DNA of 64,000 bases, taken from Verrucomicrobiaceae bacterium (GTDB lineage: Bacteria; Verrucomicrobiota; Verrucomicrobiia; Verrucomicrobiales; Akkermansiaceae). The stretch lies in NCBI GenBank assembly GCA_051252135.1, contig JBPOGH010000007.1:96001-160000 (forward strand), read 5' to 3'. The position numbers and the translations under genes are program-made. Every line of letters starts with the position of its first letter. Position 1 is the first letter of the stretch. This document shows positions 60,250-64,000 of the stretch, in pieces. Below the pieces are notes generated by a model, which saw nothing but the letters and a program-made list of their open reading frames with translations, was not told where the DNA came from and did not search any database.

Positions 60250-61197
60250 ATGCAGAGAGAAGTGAGAAAGGAAGTGCGCGTCTTCGCACCCGCTACGGTG
60301 GCAAATGTAGCCTGTGGTTATGACGTGCTGGGATTCGCGATCGATGCTCCCGGGGACGAGGTGGTGGCACGGCACTCGGACAAGCCGGGGCTGCGAATCA
60401 CCAAGATCACGGGGGACGACGGGAAACTTCCTCTTGATGCCGAAAAGAACACTGCGGGAGTGGCGGCGCTCGATTTGCTGAAGCATCTGGGCATGTTGGA
60501 TCGGGGGATCGAGCTTGAGATTCACAAGAAGATGCCTTTTGGGAGCGGTCTTGGATCGAGTGCGGCGAGTGCGGTGGCGGGTGCCTTTGCGGTGAATTAC
60601 CTGATAGGTGAGCCATTGACGAAGAAGCAGCTTCTCCCCTTTGCGATGACGGGAGAGGCGAGTGCGGATGGGGCGTGGCACGCGGACAATGTGGGTCCGT
60701 GCCTTTTGGGTGGAATCATTTTCATCAGAGACAATGAGGAGCTGGATATTGCCGAGCTCCCTGTTCCGGAAAATCTATGGGCGGCGGTGGTGCATCCGGA
60801 TATTGAAATTTTGACCAAGGTGGCGCGGGGGATTCTTCCGACGGAAGTGCCTTTGGCGAACGTGACGCAGCAGATCGGAAACCTGGGAGGTTTGATCTGC
60901 GGGCTGATTCAGGAGGACTACGGTTTGATCAGTCGTTCGGTGCATGATGTGATCGCGGAGCCACGGAGACAAAAGCTGATTCCCGATTTTTACAAGGCGA
61001 AGCGGGCGGCACTGGGTGCGGGGGCGCTTGGGTTTAGTATTTCCGGTGCGGGTCCCAGTGTCTTTGCGTTGTGCGAGGGTGAGGAGTCGGCTAAGAAGGT
61101 GGGAGATGCTGTTTCAGCGATTTTCACGAAAGCCAATCTGGAGAACCAACTCTATGTGTCGCGGGTGAATTGCGAGGGAGTCAAAGTGATTGGATAA
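60250..61197 (+). CDS. thrB: homoserine kinase
   Basis: APATVAN, PFGSGLGSSAAS, HADN, SGAGP. Confidence 0.96.
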   Translation: MQREVRKEVRVFAPATVANVACGYDVLGFAIDAPGDEVVARHSDKPGLRITKITGDDGKLPLDAEKNTAGVAALDLLKHLGMLDRGIELEIHKKMPFGSGLGSSAASAVAGAFAVNYLIGEPLTKKQLLPFAMTGEASADGAWHADNVGPCLLGGIIFIRDNEELDIAELPVPENLWAAVVHPDIEILTKVARGILPTEVPLANVTQQIGNLGGLICGLIQEDYGLISRSVHDVIAEPRRQKLIPDFYKAKRAALGAGALGFSISGAGPSVFALCEGEESAKKVGDAVSAIFTKANLENQLYVSRVNCEGVKVIG

Positions 61198-61198
61198 G

Positions 61199-62506
61199 AT
61201 GAGCCAGCGATTTTATAGCACCAAGAGTCCCGGGAAGTTTGTGGATGTGAAGGAGGCGGTTCTACGCTCGCTTCCGGCTGATAACGGACTTTATATGCCG
61301 GAACATCTGGAGCCTCTCGGTGAGGATTTCTGGCAGGAATGGCGCGAGCTTGATTTTTCCGAGATGAGCTTTCGGGTGGCCCGGCAAATCTTCAGGGATT
61401 CGGTGCCGGAAGCGGAACTCCGTAGGATTGTGGAGGAGACTTTGAGTTTTCCGGCTCCGCTGGTGAGTGTGAGCGGGCAAGAGCATGTTCTGGAGCTGTT
61501 TCACGGGCCGACTCTGGCGTTTAAGGATTTTGGGGCGCGGTTTATGGCCCGGTTGATGGGGTGGTTGACGCGGGATGATGAGGGCATTCTGACGGTGCTG
61601 GTGGCTACCAGCGGAGATACCGGAGGGGCGGTGGCGAGCGCGTTCCACAATGTCCCCGGGACACGGGTGGTGATTCTTTATCCCAAGGGGAAGGTGAGCG
61701 GCTTGCAGGAGAAGCAACTGACGACTTTGGGAGGAAATATTACGGCGCTGGAGATTGAGGGGACTTTTGACGACTGCCAGCGGTTGGTGAAGTCGGCATT
61801 TCTTGATCGTGAGATGTCACAAAGGATGAATCTCACCTCGGCCAATTCGATCAACATTTCGAGGTTGGTTCCCCAGAGTTTTTACTATTTTGAATCGGCC
61901 CGCTCATTGGAGCCGGGAATCGAGCCGGTATTTGTGGTGCCGAGCGGAAACTTTGGGAATCTGACGGCAGGGTTGTTGGCCGAGAAGCTGGGTCTTCCGG
62001 TGAAGTATTTTGTAGCGGCAACGAACATTAATGATGTGGTGCCGTCGTATCTGAAGAGCGGGAGCTACGAGCCCCGTGCGAGCGTGGCGACGATTTCCAA
62101 TGCGATGGATGTGGGAGCCCCGAGTAATTTTGCCCGGATGCAGAGCATCTTTGGTGATCAATGGGAGTCGATGAAGTCCCGGATCGAAGGATACGCCTTT
62201 GATGACGAGGTGACCCGCGAGACGATTCGGCGGGTTCAACAGGATACGGGCTATATTTTGGAACCGCACGGCGCGGTTGGCTGGCTGGCTTCTGAGGCCT
62301 GGCGAGCGTCTCATCCGGATGATCATACGATCATTTTGGAGACCGCCCATCCATCGAAGTTTCTCGATGTCATGGAGGAGGAGTTGGGCGAGGGGAGTGT
62401 GGAGATTCCCGAGCGGTTGGGCTGTCTTGCGGATCGCGAGAAAATGGCAACGACGATGGCTCCCGATGAGGGAGATTTCCACCGCTGGTTGGGGGACTTT
62501 GCCTAA
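61199..62506 (+). CDS. thrC: threonine synthase
   Basis: ELFHGPTLAFKD, ATSGDTG, PSGNFGN, TAHPSKF. Confidence 0.96.
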   Translation: MSQRFYSTKSPGKFVDVKEAVLRSLPADNGLYMPEHLEPLGEDFWQEWRELDFSEMSFRVARQIFRDSVPEAELRRIVEETLSFPAPLVSVSGQEHVLELFHGPTLAFKDFGARFMARLMGWLTRDDEGILTVLVATSGDTGGAVASAFHNVPGTRVVILYPKGKVSGLQEKQLTTLGGNITALEIEGTFDDCQRLVKSAFLDREMSQRMNLTSANSINISRLVPQSFYYFESARSLEPGIEPVFVVPSGNFGNLTAGLLAEKLGLPVKYFVAATNINDVVPSYLKSGSYEPRASVATISNAMDVGAPSNFARMQSIFGDQWESMKSRIEGYAFDDEVTRETIRRVQQDTGYILEPHGAVGWLASEAWRASHPDDHTIILETAHPSKFLDVMEEELGEGSVEIPERLGCLADREKMATTMAPDEGDFHRWLGDFA

Positions 62507-62511
62507 GGCGG

Positions 62512-63255
62512 TTATTCGCCGGGTTGGTCCGTGGTGCCTGGAACAGGTGCGGAGTAGTCGTCAGGCAACTGGATCAATTCATCACCTGCATTGACGGGGG
62601 GAAGGCCTCCGGCGTAGGCATTGGGCTTGATGTCGGCCACGTATTCGGTGCCTTGCTGGCGGGAGACCACGACCCGGCCAAGGATTCCGGAGCCACGACG
62701 AATGCCCAGCTCGGACCCGGGGTTGAAGTTCATGTCATTTTCAGGACGGAAGGTCAGGAAGCCAAACTCGGTGTTTACTTCGCCGACGGTGCCCATTTTG
62801 AGGGCCATGCGGACCCGGTTTTCGAGACGTGCCTGGCGCTGTGCTTCACGGGTTTTTTCCTCCATCATCATGCCTGCTTCTTCCTTATGGAACTCGACCT
62901 TTTCCTCGGCTTTTTTGAGGGCTTCGTCTTTTTCGGCGAGTTGCTCCTGAACTGCTGCGATCTGAGCGGCGACGTCGTCTGAAATTTCGGTGGTGGCGGG
63001 TGTTTCCGCAGCTACCGAGGGGGTGACGGGGTTGGAGGTGAGAGCCGGCGAGGTGGGAGCGTAGTAGGCCATTTGGCGGCGGGCTTCGGCCTCAGCGCGT
63101 TCGGCCCGGAATTGGGCGAGCTCCATTCTGAGCTCCTTTTTGAGCTGAGCGGCGTCATCGGTATTCGATTTTTTCGAGAATGTTCCGAAGGAAAGAGCAA
63201 ACGCCACGACCACGAGGAGGCTGGTGGTAGCGAGAAGCAAGTTGGTGGTGTTCAT
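62512..63255 (-). CDS. hypothetical N-anchored coiled-coil protein
   Basis: N-terminal TM, coiled coils, C-terminal beta-rich domain. Confidence 0.75.
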   Translation of the reverse strand: MNTTNLLLATTSLLVVVAFALSFGTFSKKSNTDDAAQLKKELRMELAQFRAERAEAEARRQMAYYAPTSPALTSNPVTPSVAAETPATTEISDDVAAQIAAVQEQLAEKDEALKKAEEKVEFHKEEAGMMMEEKTREAQRQARLENRVRMALKMGTVGEVNTEFGFLTFRPENDMNFNPGSELGIRRGSGILGRVVVSRQQGTEYVADIKPNAYAGGLPPVNAGDELIQLPDDYSAPVPGTTDQPGE

Positions 63256-63363
63256 AGGTGTGTGTGCTTTTAGGCGGGATTCGGAGCTCTTGTCAAAAAC
63301 AGAAGCCCGATCCCGTGAAGAGAAATCGAGCTCCGGAGAGGTTTTTGTTCGGATTATTTCGAA

Positions 63364-64000
63364 TCAGTCGTTGTTGGCGAAAGACATCAGGATGCGAAGG
63401 ACATACCAGAAGAGGAGGGCAACGCTGGCGAAAAGGCCGAGGGAAGCTGCGACATATTGCTCGGGCTGGTAATGATGAATGATGTTGCTGGTTTGGTAGA
63501 GGATGGAGCCCCCGGCGAAAAGAACCATGATGGCGGAGAACCAGATGCCAAGACTGAGTCCATCGATGAAGAAGGAGGCGGCAATGAGACCAAGGGCGAT
63601 GAAGCCGGCGACCTTGAGGATACCTCCGAGGAAGGAAAAATCCTTTTTGGTGGTGAAAGCAATAAAGGTGAGGCCGGCAAACAAGCCACCAGTGATGATT
63701 CCCGCTTCGGCAATGAGGGAGGAGGAATTGGTGATGTTTGCGGCAAGGAGAAGGAGGGGGAGGAAAATGAGGGCTTCCGCAACAACGTAGAGGCCCAAAC
63801 CAAGATACTGGGTTGTGCGACTTGTGTTTGAGTTTGCCCACTTTTCGGCCATCCATGAAACGGCCATGAAGAGGCCGAGAACGATGAGCCAGCTGTAGGA
63901 GCTGACGGCGAGGAGTCCGAACACTTTGCTCTCGATGCCGGGAATGCTGAAGAGCATGGCTTCCAGCAAGATGAAGGCGGCGATGGCACCCGCCAGGTGG
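63364..64000 (-). CDS. Bax inhibitor-1/YccA family membrane protein (5' truncated)
   Basis: KDFSFLG, ILYQTSNI, ASLGLFASVALLFWYVLRI. Confidence 0.88.
   Translation of the reverse strand, partial: HLAGAIAAFILLEAMLFSIPGIESKVFGLLAVSSYSWLIVLGLFMAVSWMAEKWANSNTSRTTQYLGLGLYVVAEALIFLPLLLLAANITNSSSLIAEAGIITGGLFAGLTFIAFTTKKDFSFLGGILKVAGFIALGLIAASFFIDGLSLGIWFSAIMVLFAGGSILYQTSNIIHHYQPEQYVAASLGLFASVALLFWYVLRILMSFANND

Overview
Bacterial chromosome segment, most likely Verrucomicrobiota (PEP-CTERM, DUF1501, DUF1080, fused CcoNO, nusA-infB-rbfA without rimP). In order: (1) 1-10.8 kb, cbb3 cytochrome oxidase cluster, including two small genes (ccoS-like, ccoQ-like) missed by the ORF track. (2) 10.9-13.2 kb, a fused AhbA/AhbB siroheme decarboxylase in an operon with a catalytically atypical aldo-keto-reductase-fold protein. 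(3) 13.8-17.3 kb, pqiA/pqiA/pqiB/pqiC. (4) 17.4-35.9 kb, a general-stress/osmotic island ending at tRNA-Phe. Ten of its transcription units carry sigma54 -24/-12 (GG-N10-GC) promoters, nine of them 10-16 nt before the start codon. The island also encodes a sigma54 activator, a PAS hybrid kinase, a receiver protein and a stand-alone HisKA mini-protein. (5) cysS, a SenB-like glycosyltransferase and a NahK-like kinase, translationally coupled. (6) nusA-infB-rbfA, a PEP-CTERM protein and trxA. (7) A methyltransferase/FAD-oxidoreductase/type III PKS cluster interrupted by a 222-bp MITE. (8) Two multi-FKBP isomerases, yrbG-like antiporter, lgt and thrBC. All calls come from reading motifs by eye; no searches were run.
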